Below, in pieces: positions 1 to 26,419 of a stretch of DNA of 64,000 nucleotides. The stretch is taken from assembly GCA_030141605.1 (NCBI GenBank), contig JAQGDQ010000866.1:22700-86699 (forward strand), written 5' to 3'. The number at the start of each line of letters is the position of its first letter. Position 1 is the first letter of the stretch. Position numbers and translations under genes: made by a program. The stretch comes from Tubiluchus corallicola. Its lineage: Eukaryota > Animalia > Priapulida. Below the pieces are notes generated by a model. The model saw nothing but the letters and a program-made list of their open reading frames with translations. It ran no database searches and was not told the DNA's origin.

Positions 1-636
1 ATTGTTTCAAGAGAACGATGCTGACAAGTGATAACCCTGTTGATGATAATGATTAATGTCTTTTTAAATCAGTGACAGTTAATGAAGATAGTAACAATTT
101 TAATGAGAAAATGATGTTTTTATTATTGTTAGCATTACAGAAGCCATTACGCAGAAAAAAATGATGCTTTTAGCAAGTTTTTGTGTTCATTGGAACAGGT
201 TAATTTTTTGTCCTCACACCAATGCTAGAGTGCCTCTGCTGGTGGTTTACTGAACTAACAGGTATTTTACCCTGTCACTGTATTTAGTGTTAAACAGTGA
301 AATAGAATCGCATTATGCCATTTGCCAACGTGTCTACCCGCTCAATGGAAATTTTTGCAGATTTTCTGTTCAAAACTCACATTTCTAAAGAGTGGTGCAC
401 TGCCAAATAAAATGATTGGTAAACATTCTCTTTGAACAGCAACAGGAGAGAAACTCCAACCGTAGATAAGAAACCCCAGTCATAGATATGAGAAAAGGGC
501 TCTAGTTGCTACATTTACACTGCTGGTCTCGGTCGCAGTTACAATTGGTAATATTTGTAGCAATGATATTCATTGCTGTAAGCTCATATTTTTACCATTT
601 CAGTTTACGAGTGTTTTGTAAAACGTTTTGTTCCAG

Positions 637-16289
<15,653 letters not shown>

Positions 16290-16466
16290 GTAAGTGTGAC
16301 TTGGTCGAAAGCATGAAAACTCCTAAGTTACAGCGAAAAATTGCTTTTGCCAATTTTGCCTTGCATTTTCAACTCATTTTAGCTATTTACAGTGTTGCAG
16401 AATGATGCATTTACATGTAAGTGTCCCTAAGACAGCCACCTTAATAATGAAATAGGCAGTGGTTCC

Positions 16467-16878
16467 TGTGAAGACGATATTGAATACTGGTATAAACAAC
16501 TAAACACAAGATTAAATATTTGCACAAGAACTGAAACACTTTTATTGCACTAAATACACATGAGTAAAATGCACAAGTAGAATGATGATCACAACTGCTG
16601 CACAGCACTGAGTGTGTGACAGAGAGACAGTGTGTAACATGACTGCACTGCCTGAGACAGAGAGTGACTAGCAGTGAAATCTAGCCAGTTTATATATGTA
16701 GAGAAGTATGCAAGAACATGGCTTCACATATCCCATTACAGAAAAATAGGGGAGATACAGTGAGTTTGAATATTCATTGGAACATACAATTGCATTAAGG
16801 GGTGAATTCAACTAGTAAATGTTTAAAGTAACGAATCAATAGATGGCAGCACCTAAATATACAGTTATAACTTTCACA
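16467..16878 (-). repeat. 3' LTR (412 bp)
   Basis: Matches 22000-22419 with a few substitutions and an indel of about 8 bp; lacks the 13 bp TGTGAAAGATATT found at the equivalent end of the other LTR; ends CTTTCACA next to the PPT. Confidence 0.93.
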
Positions 16879-16890
16879 TCCTCCCACCTT
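16879..16890 (-). promoter_or_regulatory. Polypurine tract
   Basis: AAGGTGGGAGGA on the - strand immediately before the TGTGAAAG of the 3' LTR. Confidence 0.85.
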
Positions 16891-16984
16891 GAAACGAAAA
16901 TAATTAGAGTGTCAATACATGTCAATACAATACAAAATGTCAAATAAATGAAACAATGCAAATTAGGAGGTATGTCATTAAAGA

Positions 16985-19504
16985 TCAGGTGCATTCTAAG
17001 GGGTAGAGGAGACAAAGGGGACGGCGAGTAAGGCGTCCGTGACTCCTGATGTAGGCGGCTCGTGGATTTCCGTCTCGACCGGGAATCAGTGATTCGATCC
17101 TCCCTAGTGGCCAACGCCATCGAGGTAGAGGCTTGGAATGGACGAGAACGATGTCTCCTTCCTTCGGAGTAGCTGGAGATCTTGTCTTGGTTCTCCATTG
17201 TCATAAGGATAGAAGGTACTCGTTCCTCCATCTGGACCAAAGATGTGTGCTGATGGTGAGACGATGTTTCCATCTCCTCTGTAGATCTTCAGGAGGTGGT
17301 GAATCGTGGATGCCTATGTCCAAAAGTGCTGGTGGAGTAGCTCCAAAGATGAAGTGTCCTGGAGTCAAAGGTTCATCTCCGGACAAAACGAGAGGGCACC
17401 GATTGATGCGTTCCTCTAACTCTGTGACCACTGTGGTGAGTTCAGTCAGAGATAAAGATGTGCTGCCAAGTGTCTGGCGACAAGAACGTTTGATAGTTCC
17501 GATGAGTCTTTCCCAGTAACCTCCCCACCAGGGTGCAGCTTCAGGGATGAAGGTCCAGGTTAGACTCCTCTGCATGTGTTTCGCCAAGCTGACGAATGAT
17601 CGAGCGTTGTCGCTGTAGAATTGTGCGGGTCCACGGCGTGCTAAGAACCGACGAATAGCTAGTCCAGTGTCCTTCTCATTGAGTGAGGTGACAACTTCCA
17701 TGTGTATGGCTCTAGTGACGGCACATGTGAACAGAAGAACCCATGATTTGGTCTGGTCGCCAAGATACAATGGGCCGAAGTGATCAAGTCCAGTATGCGC
17801 AAATGGTCGCGCTTCTGTGACTCTGAATGGTGGAAGACTGCCTTCAGTAGAAGTGTATGGTCGTCCTTGAAGCTTCTTGCAGGAAACGCACTTCTGGAGA
17901 ATCTTCTTGACAGTCCTGTGAGGCTTTGGGAGCCAGTAGCATTTGCTAACTTCTGTAGCTGTTGTGGAAACGCCTTGATGATAAAGTTTGTGATGACAAT
18001 CCATGATGATAAGTGATGTAAGTGGCGAGCCTGGGTGTAACCAAGGTATCATCTGCTCACCATTTCTCGGTGTACACATAATGAGTTGAAGAGATTTGGA
18101 CCACTGCGGACGAGCATTCCAAAGTGAAGAAGAGGGAGTTACATCACCATCTTTTTGCAAGTTAAGTATGTCTGCAGAGTTGTAAACATACTGACTGTCT
18201 CTGAGAAGAGCGTTTATCGCCTTGACTCTCTCGTGTGGCGTAAGTGGTCCGCCGACGCGAGTTGACTTGAGGAGTCGTGAATTATGAACGAATCTGAGCA
18301 CATAAGAGGTTATGTTTATAGCTCGTTGTAAGGAAGACCATCGGTCCACAGGAAAAAGTGGTGTCTTCTCTGAGTCTGTAAGAGGAGTTGTTACAGTGAG
18401 CAAAGTGGAGGACTTCTGTTCGCAGACAGAGTAGTTCGACTCCTCCCTGAGTGTGAGAAAAGGTGGACCATGTCTCCAAAGGTCCAGGTGTTGCAAGTAG
18501 AGTAGCTTGCAACCTCGAGTTGGCAGATCTGCGGGATTCTGCGAACTAGGTACGTGAGACCACTCGCATGCTTGCGAGAGTGTGTGGATCTCACGAACTC
18601 GATTCCTCACGAACACGTCTTTTGGCATACTGCGTATCCATCCGAGTGTTACCATTGAGTCCGAGTAGAAATGTCTGAGACATGATGATAGGACTGGTAC
18701 ATGCTGCTGGATGTAAGTCCCTAGACGAGCCCCAAGAAGAGCAGCCATCAGCTCTAAACGTGGAAGAGTCAGAGTCTGTGGTTTAAGTGGGGCTAGTTTG
18801 CTCTTCGAAATGAGTAAGTCGACATTGGTGTCTGTCTTGATGTACGCAACAGCTGCATAAGCTGCCTCACTAGAATCACAAAGGATGTGAAGTTCAGAGT
18901 GTGAAGTCATTGGTACGTATCGAGGAAAGTGTATCCTGGATTCGTGTTGCTGTGTTTCCTCAATGAAACGACCCCATTGTACTGCAGTACTGGAAGGTAG
19001 TTCATCTTCCCAGTTGAGTGACTCTCTCCAGAGTGACTGAAAGAGAATCCTGAGACGTATGGTGAAGGGGGAAATAAATCCCAGAGGATCGAAAATCTTG
19101 GAGATTTCGGCTAGCATTTGACGCTTAGTGATGGGAGGTTCAGATGAAAGCTTCAGGCTGGCGGCTATGGTATCAGATTGATGGCACCAGCTGAGGCCAA
19201 GAACTTTGGTAAAGTCATCAGTGTTGCACTCCCACCGTTCTCTTGTAGAAGAGGAAGAAGTCTGCCAAGCACGAAGGTTCATGCCGGCACTGGCGAAGGC
19301 TTGAATAGCTTCGGATTTGAATGAATCGATGTCGGTTTCGTAGTCGCAACCGGATACGAGATTGTCGACATACATATTGTGCCTAAGAGAGGTGACTGTT
19401 GAAGTCGCCGGTAGGCTGTCTAGATGCATCGCAATGATGGCATGAAGAATGGCGGGGCTTGCAGAACAAATCTGCTGACGTGCTGTTTGCCGTCCAAGTC
19501 CCAA
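16985..19504 (-). pseudogene. pol: BEL/Pao pol C-terminal part: RT (YVDN), Pao RNase H, integrase, C-terminal DUF5641-like domain
   Basis: MYVDNLVSG, KVLGLSW, FDPLGFISP, CDSSEAAYAAVAY, TLPRLELMAA, YSDSMVTLGWI, QNPADLPTRG, integrase HHCC (CHHKLYH..CVSC), GLDHFGP, SDNARSF, PWWGGYWERL. In-frame TGA at 17201-17203, then GDIVLV..RWPLGRIESLIPGRDG..RRPL..LYPLE to a stop at 16985-16987. Frameshifted relative to the gag ORF near 19470. Confidence 0.92.
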
Positions 19505-21909
19505 ATGAATTTGAGAAATTCTCGATCTGGAGGCGAGATTCCAATCATCAGGAAGGCTTTCTCGATATCAGCAATTAGACCAATTTGGTGACTGCGGAAA
19601 CGTACCAGAATGGCTAAAAGGTCGCTGAGCATGTTGGGACCGGTTACCAGACAATCGTTGATGCTGAGGCCAATGGTAGGCTTTGCTGAGCCGTTGAAAA
19701 CAACTCGCAACTTTGTTCCTTGGATGAGACTATGATGGGGTAGGAAATTGCCACCATCTGTGTTAGGTGCGTCTTCAATGATTCCAAGGGTTTGCCACTC
19801 TTTTAAAGAGTCTCTGTATCGATGTTGCCGTTCTGGAGGCAACCTGTAGAAAGATCGACTATGTGCCAAGGCTTGTTGTTTAGTGAACTGTGGACGTTCG
19901 AACCCAGCCCATGGCAAAGTAGTCTCGTATCGACCATCAATGTGTTTGATGGATAAAGGAAACTCGTCCTTTTCCGTGTCAGGATGAATGTTCATGGACT
20001 CCAACTGCCACCAAGATTCACAGATATTGGCATCTGCATTCCTAGAGTACAGAGTGCGTACAAGAGGAACCAAGGAGGAATGTTGTGACAGGGAGTTAGG
20101 AACGCAACCACTCAAGGTCCAACCAAAGATGGTAGGAATCAGCATAAGATTGGAGTGGAAGATGGGAGCATTAGGGGTAAAGATGTGAGGAAGGGCATCA
20201 TTACCAACCAATACATCAATAGGCAATTGTAATTGACTGTAATCATCAGCATAATCTAAACCTTGTGGTAACATAGTTAAGCACGACAATTCAACACCCT
20301 GAAGGGGTGAACATATGAAGGGAACAACCCAACAATTCATAAAATACCATTGATCATCATACATACTACGCAGTTTGAACTCATATTTCTGTCTGTTAAT
20401 TGAGGAAGTATTCGTCCCACCAAAAGTTTGAACTTGAAACAACTTACATTGAGTAGCCCGTTTGCGTTGAATTTGTTGACTGAGAGCTTCGCTGATGTAA
20501 GTCTCTTCCGATCCACTATCCAGGAGTAGACGAACCGGACGATCAATTCCATCCATGTGGACAAGAACTGTCTGTAGAACGGTGCGGTGACCATTGCTGG
20601 TAGTTTTCACCATGCAGTTGAGTTTAGAAGAAGGCGGATCACAAACAACACTAGGAGAACTTCCGCTGAATGCACTGTTTGAAGAAACACGATGCAGCAG
20701 TGTATGATGCAAGGAACCACATTCTTGACACACATTCTTGGATGTGCACTGTTGTAATCGATGTGACCATAAACAATTGAAACACAAGTGTCTGTCCCTG
20801 ATGAGCTGCTGTCGAGCATCAACGGACAAGCTTAAGAACTTCTGACAATGGAAAGGGGTTCTGCACGAATCGCCACACAATAAACATGACTGACTGTTAT
20901 TGGTGCCCCTTGTCAGAAATGTAGAACGTTTACTAGAACACTGTTTCACAGTTGGTTGAGGAGGCTTCTCGACGAAGTAGTTGACTTCTCTGACACGCTC
21001 ACGAGCTTGGATGTCATCTCTGAGAAACTCCATAAGTTCCGTGACTGTACCTTCTTCGTCCGCATCCTTCTTTGCCCATTGGAGACGAAGATGTGAAGGA
21101 ATACGAGACAACAGGACCGGTATTAGTAACCGACCATAAGAATCCGAAGTGGCATGGAGGGCTTCGAGACCCCGTACGTTTGTCTCAAGTTGATCGAGCA
21201 CTTTACGAAGTGGCTTCGCATCGAGAGAGGTGCATGGTTGCAATCGAAGAAGTGCTGACATATGCGCACTTATTAGTGCTTCTTTGCGTCCGAACCGACG
21301 CTCAAGTAGATGAATGGCGGTTGCATAATTAGCTGAAGAAAGAGGCAACCCGGCAATGGCTGTGGCAGGCTCACCGCATAGTTGACCTTTCAAGTAAGTG
21401 AACTTCTGCACAGGTGCTAAATGCTCATGAGAATGAACAGCAGCATCGAACTGCTCCCAGAACGCCAGCCATTCCAGAATCTGGCCATCAAATTTCGGCA
21501 GTATTAGCTTAGGTAAGCGAGTAAAAGCTGTTGAACGAGCAAGTGAATTGTCAGAGAGAGTGTCAGCTCGGCTGACACCTGCGGCAGGACCAGTGGTAGG
21601 ATGGTCAGCTGCGGAAGCAGGGCCAAGAAATTGATTGGCACGATGTACTTCACGTGTAATTCGCCATTTGTACTCATCAGCAGATTCGACTTCCTCATCG
21701 AGTGATACCTGTTCGGCGTCAGCGTCTAACAACTGTGACAAGATGTTGTTGTCTGCTTCAAACAGGCGTTCTGCCCTTTCAGTAACAATTGATAAGAGAA
21801 GGCTTACCTCTTCTTTCCTCGGAATCTCTTGATTTAGCTCGTCAGCCTTAGTGAGTGAAGATCTCAGAGCTCGACGAACTCGTTTAGTTTTCTCCACTTG
21901 CTCCGTCAT
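19420..21909 (-). CDS. gag: BEL/Pao gag-protease-RT N-terminus (829 aa; runs out of frame inside RT)
   Basis: LPKLILPKFDG..W..FWEQF..QKFTYLKGQL (DUF1759-type), three Cys/His knuckles (CLLC, CFNC..H..C, CQEC..HHTLLH), protease LLDSGSEETYI, RT start FLPHH..KLRVVFNGS..SINDCL..GPN..ADIEKAFLMI. Confidence 0.92.
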   Translation of the reverse strand: MTEQVEKTKRVRRALRSSLTKADELNQEIPRKEEVSLLLSIVTERAERLFEADNNILSQLLDADAEQVSLDEEVESADEYKWRITREVHRANQFLGPASAADHPTTGPAAGVSRADTLSDNSLARSTAFTRLPKLILPKFDGQILEWLAFWEQFDAAVHSHEHLAPVQKFTYLKGQLCGEPATAIAGLPLSSANYATAIHLLERRFGRKEALISAHMSALLRLQPCTSLDAKPLRKVLDQLETNVRGLEALHATSDSYGRLLIPVLLSRIPSHLRLQWAKKDADEEGTVTELMEFLRDDIQARERVREVNYFVEKPPQPTVKQCSSKRSTFLTRGTNNSQSCLLCGDSCRTPFHCQKFLSLSVDARQQLIRDRHLCFNCLWSHRLQQCTSKNVCQECGSLHHTLLHRVSSNSAFSGSSPSVVCDPPSSKLNCMVKTTSNGHRTVLQTVLVHMDGIDRPVRLLLDSGSEETYISEALSQQIQRKRATQCKLFQVQTFGGTNTSSINRQKYEFKLRSMYDDQWYFMNCWVVPFICSPLQGVELSCLTMLPQGLDYADDYSQLQLPIDVLVGNDALPHIFTPNAPIFHSNLMLIPTIFGWTLSGCVPNSLSQHSSLVPLVRTLYSRNADANICESWWQLESMNIHPDTEKDEFPLSIKHIDGRYETTLPWAGFERPQFTKQQALAHSRSFYRLPPERQHRYRDSLKEWQTLGIIEDAPNTDGGNFLPHHSLIQGTKLRVVFNGSAKPTIGLSINDCLVTGPNMLSDLLAILVRFRSHQIGLIADIEKAFLMIGISPPDREFLKFIWDLDGKQHVSRFVLQAPPFFMPSLRCI

Positions 21910-21962
21910 GTTGACGACAGAAGTAGAAGTCCTGTGTGGTTATCCCTGTGCGCTGTCTGGGC

Positions 21963-21984
21963 TCGAATCCGGCTCGAAGGACCA
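21963..21984 (-). promoter_or_regulatory. Primer-binding site complementary to the tRNA-Tyr 3' end
   Basis: - strand TGGTCCTTCGAGCCGGATTCGA, 2 nt inside the 5' LTR boundary; + strand reads TCGAATCCGGCTCGAAGGACCA, matching the recalled 3' end of animal tRNA-Tyr plus CCA. Confidence 0.88.
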
Positions 21985-21986
21985 TA

Positions 21987-22419
21987 TGTGAAAGATATTT
22001 GTGAAGACGAAATTGAACACTGGTATAAACAACTAAACACAAGATTAAATATTTGCACAAGAACTGAAACACTTTTATTGCACTAAATACACATGAGTAA
22101 AATGCACAAGTAGAATGATGATCACAACTGCTGCACAGCACTGAGTGTGTGACAGAGAGACAGTGTGTAACATGACTGCACTGCCTGAGACAGAGAGTGA
22201 CTAGCAGTGAAATCTAGCCAGTTTATATATGTAGAGAAGTATGCAAGAACTGGGCTTCACATATCCCATTACAGAAAAATAGGGGAGATACAGTGAGTTT
22301 GAATATTCATTGGAACATACAATTGCATTAAGGGGTGAATTCAACTAGTAAATGTTTCGAATAAACAAGTAACGAATCAATAGATGGCAGCACCTAAATA
22401 TACAGTTATAACTTTCACA
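21987..22419 (-). repeat. 5' LTR (433 bp)
   Basis: TGTGAAAG ... CTTTCACA 8-bp inverted termini; adjacent to the PBS. Confidence 0.95.
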
Positions 22420-25400
22420 TTGTGTTTCTTACAGGTGTATCATTGTGTGTCTCATATCATCATTGTGTTTCTTACAGGCGTATCATTGTGTGTCTCATAT
22501 CATCATTGTGTTTCTTACAGACGTATCATTGTGTGTCTCATATCATCACTGTGTTTCTTACAGGCATATCATTGTGTGCCTCATATCATCTCATCATCAC
22601 TGTGTTTATTACAGGCGTATCATTGTGTGCCTCATATCATCATTGTGTTTCTTACAGGCATATCATTGTGTGCCTCATATCATCACTGTGTTTCTTACAG
22701 GCATATCATTGTGTGCCTCATATCATCACTGTGTTTCTTACAGCCGTATCATTGTGTGCCTCATATCATCACTGTGTTTCTTACAGGCGTATCATTGTGT
22801 GCCTCATATCATCATTGTGTTTCTTACAGGCATATCATTGTGTGCCTCATATCATCATTGTGTTTCTTACAGGCATATCATTGTGTGCCTCATATCATCA
22901 CTGTGTTTCTTACAGGCATATCATTGTGTGCCTCATATCATCACTGTGTTTCTTACAGGCGTATCATTGTGTGCCTCATATCATCTCATCATCATTGTGT
23001 TTCTTACAGGCGTATCATTGTGTGTCTCATATCATTGCATCGTCACTGTGTTTCTTGCAGGCGTATCATTGTGTGCCTCATATCATCATCGTGTTTCTTA
23101 CAGGCATATCATTGTGTGCCTCATATCATATCATCATCACTCTGTTTCTTACAGGCGTATCATTGTGTGCCTCATATCATATCATCATCACTCTGTTTCT
23201 TACAGGCATATCATTGTGTGCCTCATATCATATCATCACTGTGTTTCTTACAGGCATATCATTGTGTGCCTCATATCATCATTGTGTTTCTTACAGGCGT
23301 ATCATTGTGTGTCTCATATCATCATTGTGTTTCTTACAGGCGTATCATTGTGTGCCTCATATCATCTCATCATCACTGTGTTTATTACAGGCGTATCATT
23401 GTGTGCCTCATATCATATCATCATCACTCTGTTTCTTACAGACGTATCATTGTGTGTCTCATATCATCATTGTGTTTCTTACAGGCATATCATTGTGTGC
23501 CTCATATCATCTCATCATCACTGTATTTATTACAGACGTATCATTGTGTGTCTCATATCATCATTGTGTTTTTTACAGGCATATCATTGTGTGCCTCATA
23601 TCTTCACTGTGTTTCTTACGGGCATATCATTGTGTGCCTCATATCATCATTGTGTTTTTTACAAGCGTATCATTGTGTGCCTCATATCATCTCATCATCA
23701 CTGTGTTTCTTACAGGCATATCATTGTGTGCCTCATATCATCTCATCATCACTGTGTTTCTTACAGGCATATCATTGTGTGCCTCATATCATCTCATCAT
23801 CATAGTGTTTCTTACAGGCGTATCATTGTGTGTCTCATATCATAATTGTGTTTCTTACAGGCGTATCATTGTGTGCCTCATATCATCTCATCATCACTGT
23901 GTTTCTTACAGGCGTATCATTGTGTGCCTCATATCATCATTGTGTTTCTTACAGGCATATCATCGTGTGCCTCATATCATATCATCATCACTCTGTTTCT
24001 TACAGGCATATCATTGTGTGCCTCATAGCATCTCATCATCATTGTGTTTCTTACAGGCGTATCATTGTGTGTCTCATATCACCATTGTGTTTCTTACAGG
24101 CGTATCATTGTGTGCCTCATATCATCTCATCATCACTGTGTTTATTACAGGCGTATCATTGTGTGCCTCATATCATATCATCATCACTCTGTTTCTTACA
24201 GACGTATCATTGTGTGTCTCATATCATCATTGTGTTTCTTACAGGCATATCATTGTGTGCCTCATATCATCTCATCATCACTGTGTTTATTACAGACGTA
24301 TCATTGTGTGTCTCATATCATCATTGTGTTTCTTACAGGCGTATCATTGTGTGCCTCATATCATCTCATCATCACTGTGTTTATTACAGGCACACATTTG
24401 CCTCATATCATCACTGTGTTTCTTACAGGCATATCATTGTGTGCCTCATATCATCACTGTGTTTCTTACAGGCATATCATTGTGTGTCTCATATCATCAT
24501 TGTGTTTCTTACAGGCGTATCATTGTGTGCCTCATATCATCACTGTGTTTCTTACAGGCATATCATTGTGTGTCTCATATCATCATTGTGTTTCTTACAG
24601 GCGTATCATTGTGTGCCTCATATCATATCATCATCACTCTGTTTCTTACAGGCGTATCATTGTGTGCCTCATATCATCACTGTGTTTCTTACAGGCATAT
24701 CATTGTGTGTCTCATATCATCATTGTGTTTCTTACAGGCGTATCATTGTGTGTCTCATATCATCATTGTGTTTCTTACAGGCGTATCATTGTGTGCCTCA
24801 TATCATCATCTGTGTTTCTTACAGGCATATCATTGTGTGTCTCATATCATCATTGTGTTTCTTACAGGCGTATCATTGTGTGCCTCATATCATATCATCA
24901 TCACTCTGTTTCTTACAGGCGTATCATTGTGTGCCTCATATCATCACTGTGTTTCTTACAGGCATATCATTGTGTGTCTCATATCATCATTGTGTTTCTT
25001 ACAGGCTATCATTGTGTGTCTCATATCATCATGTGTTTCTTACAGGCGTATCATTGTGTGTTCATTTGTTTCTTACAGGCGTATCATTGTGTGCCTCATA
25101 TCATATCATCATCACTCTGTTTCTTACAGACGTATCATTGTGTGTCTCATATCATCATTGTGTTTCTTACAGGCATATCATTGTGTGTCTCATATCATCA
25201 TTGTGTTTCTTACAGGCATATCATTGTGTGTCTCATATCATCATTGTGTTTCTTACAGGCGTATCATTGTGTGTCTCATATCATCATTGTGTTTCTTACA
25301 GGCGTATCATTGTGTGTCTCATATCATCATTGTGTTTCTTACAGGCGTATCATTGTGTGTCTCATATCATCATTGTGTTTCTTACAGGCGTATCATTGTG

Positions 25401-26419
25401 TGCCTCATATCATCACTGTGTTTCTTACAGGCATATCATTGTGTGCCTCATATCATCTCATCATCATTGTGTTTCTTACAGGGGTATCATTGTGTGCCTC
25501 ATATCATATCATCATCATTGTGTTTCTTACAGGCATATCATTGTGTGCCTCATATCATCACTGTGTTTCTTACAGGCATATCATTGTGTGCCTCATATCA
25601 TCACTGTGTTTCTTACAGGCATATCATTGTGTGCCTCATATCATCACTGTGTTTCTTACAGGCGTATCATTGTGTGCCTCATATCATCACTGTGTTTCTT
25701 ACAGGCATATCATTGTGTGTCTCATATCATCATTGTGTTTCTTACAGGCATATCATTGTGTGCCTCATATCATCATTGTGTTTCTTACAGGCGTATCATT
25801 GTGTGCCTCATATCATCATTGTGTTTCTTACAGGCGTATCATTGTGTGCCTCATATCATATCATCATCACTGTGTTTCTTACAGGCGTATCATTGTGTGC
25901 CTCATATCATCATTGTGTTTCTTACAGGCATATCATTGTGTGTCTCATATCATCATTGTGTTTCTTACAGGCGTATCATTGTGTGTCTCATATCATCATT
26001 GTGTTTCTTACAGGCGTATCATTGTGTGTCTCATATCATCATTGTGTTTCTTACAGGCGTATCATTGTGTGCCTCATATCATCACTGTGTTTCTTACAGG
26101 CATATCATTGTGTGTCTCATATCATCACTCTGTTTCTTACAGGCGTATCATTGTGTGCCTCATATCATCACTGTGTTTCTTACAGGCATATCATTGTGTG
26201 TCTCATATCATCATTGTGTTTCTTACAGGCGTATCATTGTGTGTCTCATATCATCATTGTGTTTCTTACGGGCATATCATTGTGTGCCTCATATCATCAC
26301 TTTGTTTCTTACAGGCATATCATTGTGTGCCTCATATCATCTCATCATCACTGTGTTTCTTACAGGCATATAATTGTGTGCCTCATATCATCACTGTGTT
26401 TCTTACAGGCATATCATTG
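22420..26419 (+). repeat. 43/51-bp minisatellite, roughly 90 copies, each carrying the PIGN splice acceptor
   Basis: Unit CAYTGTGTTTCTTACAG|GCRTATCATTGTGTGYCTCATATCAT (+/- 8 bp); the last copy continues into the PIGN exon (TTACAG|GCATATCATTGACGAAG). Confidence 0.95.

Larger units (their letters stand above)
16467..22419 (-). mobile_element. BEL/Pao LTR retrotransposon, near full length, inactivated
   Basis: Two near-identical LTRs (16467-16878, 21987-22419), PBS, PPT, and gag-PR-RT-RNaseH-IN order typical of BEL/Pao; no 5-bp TSD (GTTCC vs TTGTG). Confidence 0.96.

Noticed and set aside
16290-16405. KIF17 ending by read-through to the stop at 16405
   Set aside because: A consensus GTAAGT donor sits at 16290 and the read-through peptide has no KIF17-like motif; not fully excluded without cDNA.
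21961-21984. Apparent tRNA-Tyr gene
   Set aside because: Only the 3' 22 nt including CCA are present, next to the LTR; this is a primer-binding site.
16836-22141. Short ORFs overlapping or antisense to gag/pol, and a possible env gene
   Set aside because: They are shadow ORFs of GC-richer coding DNA; only about 95 bp separate the pol stop from the PPT, leaving no room for env.
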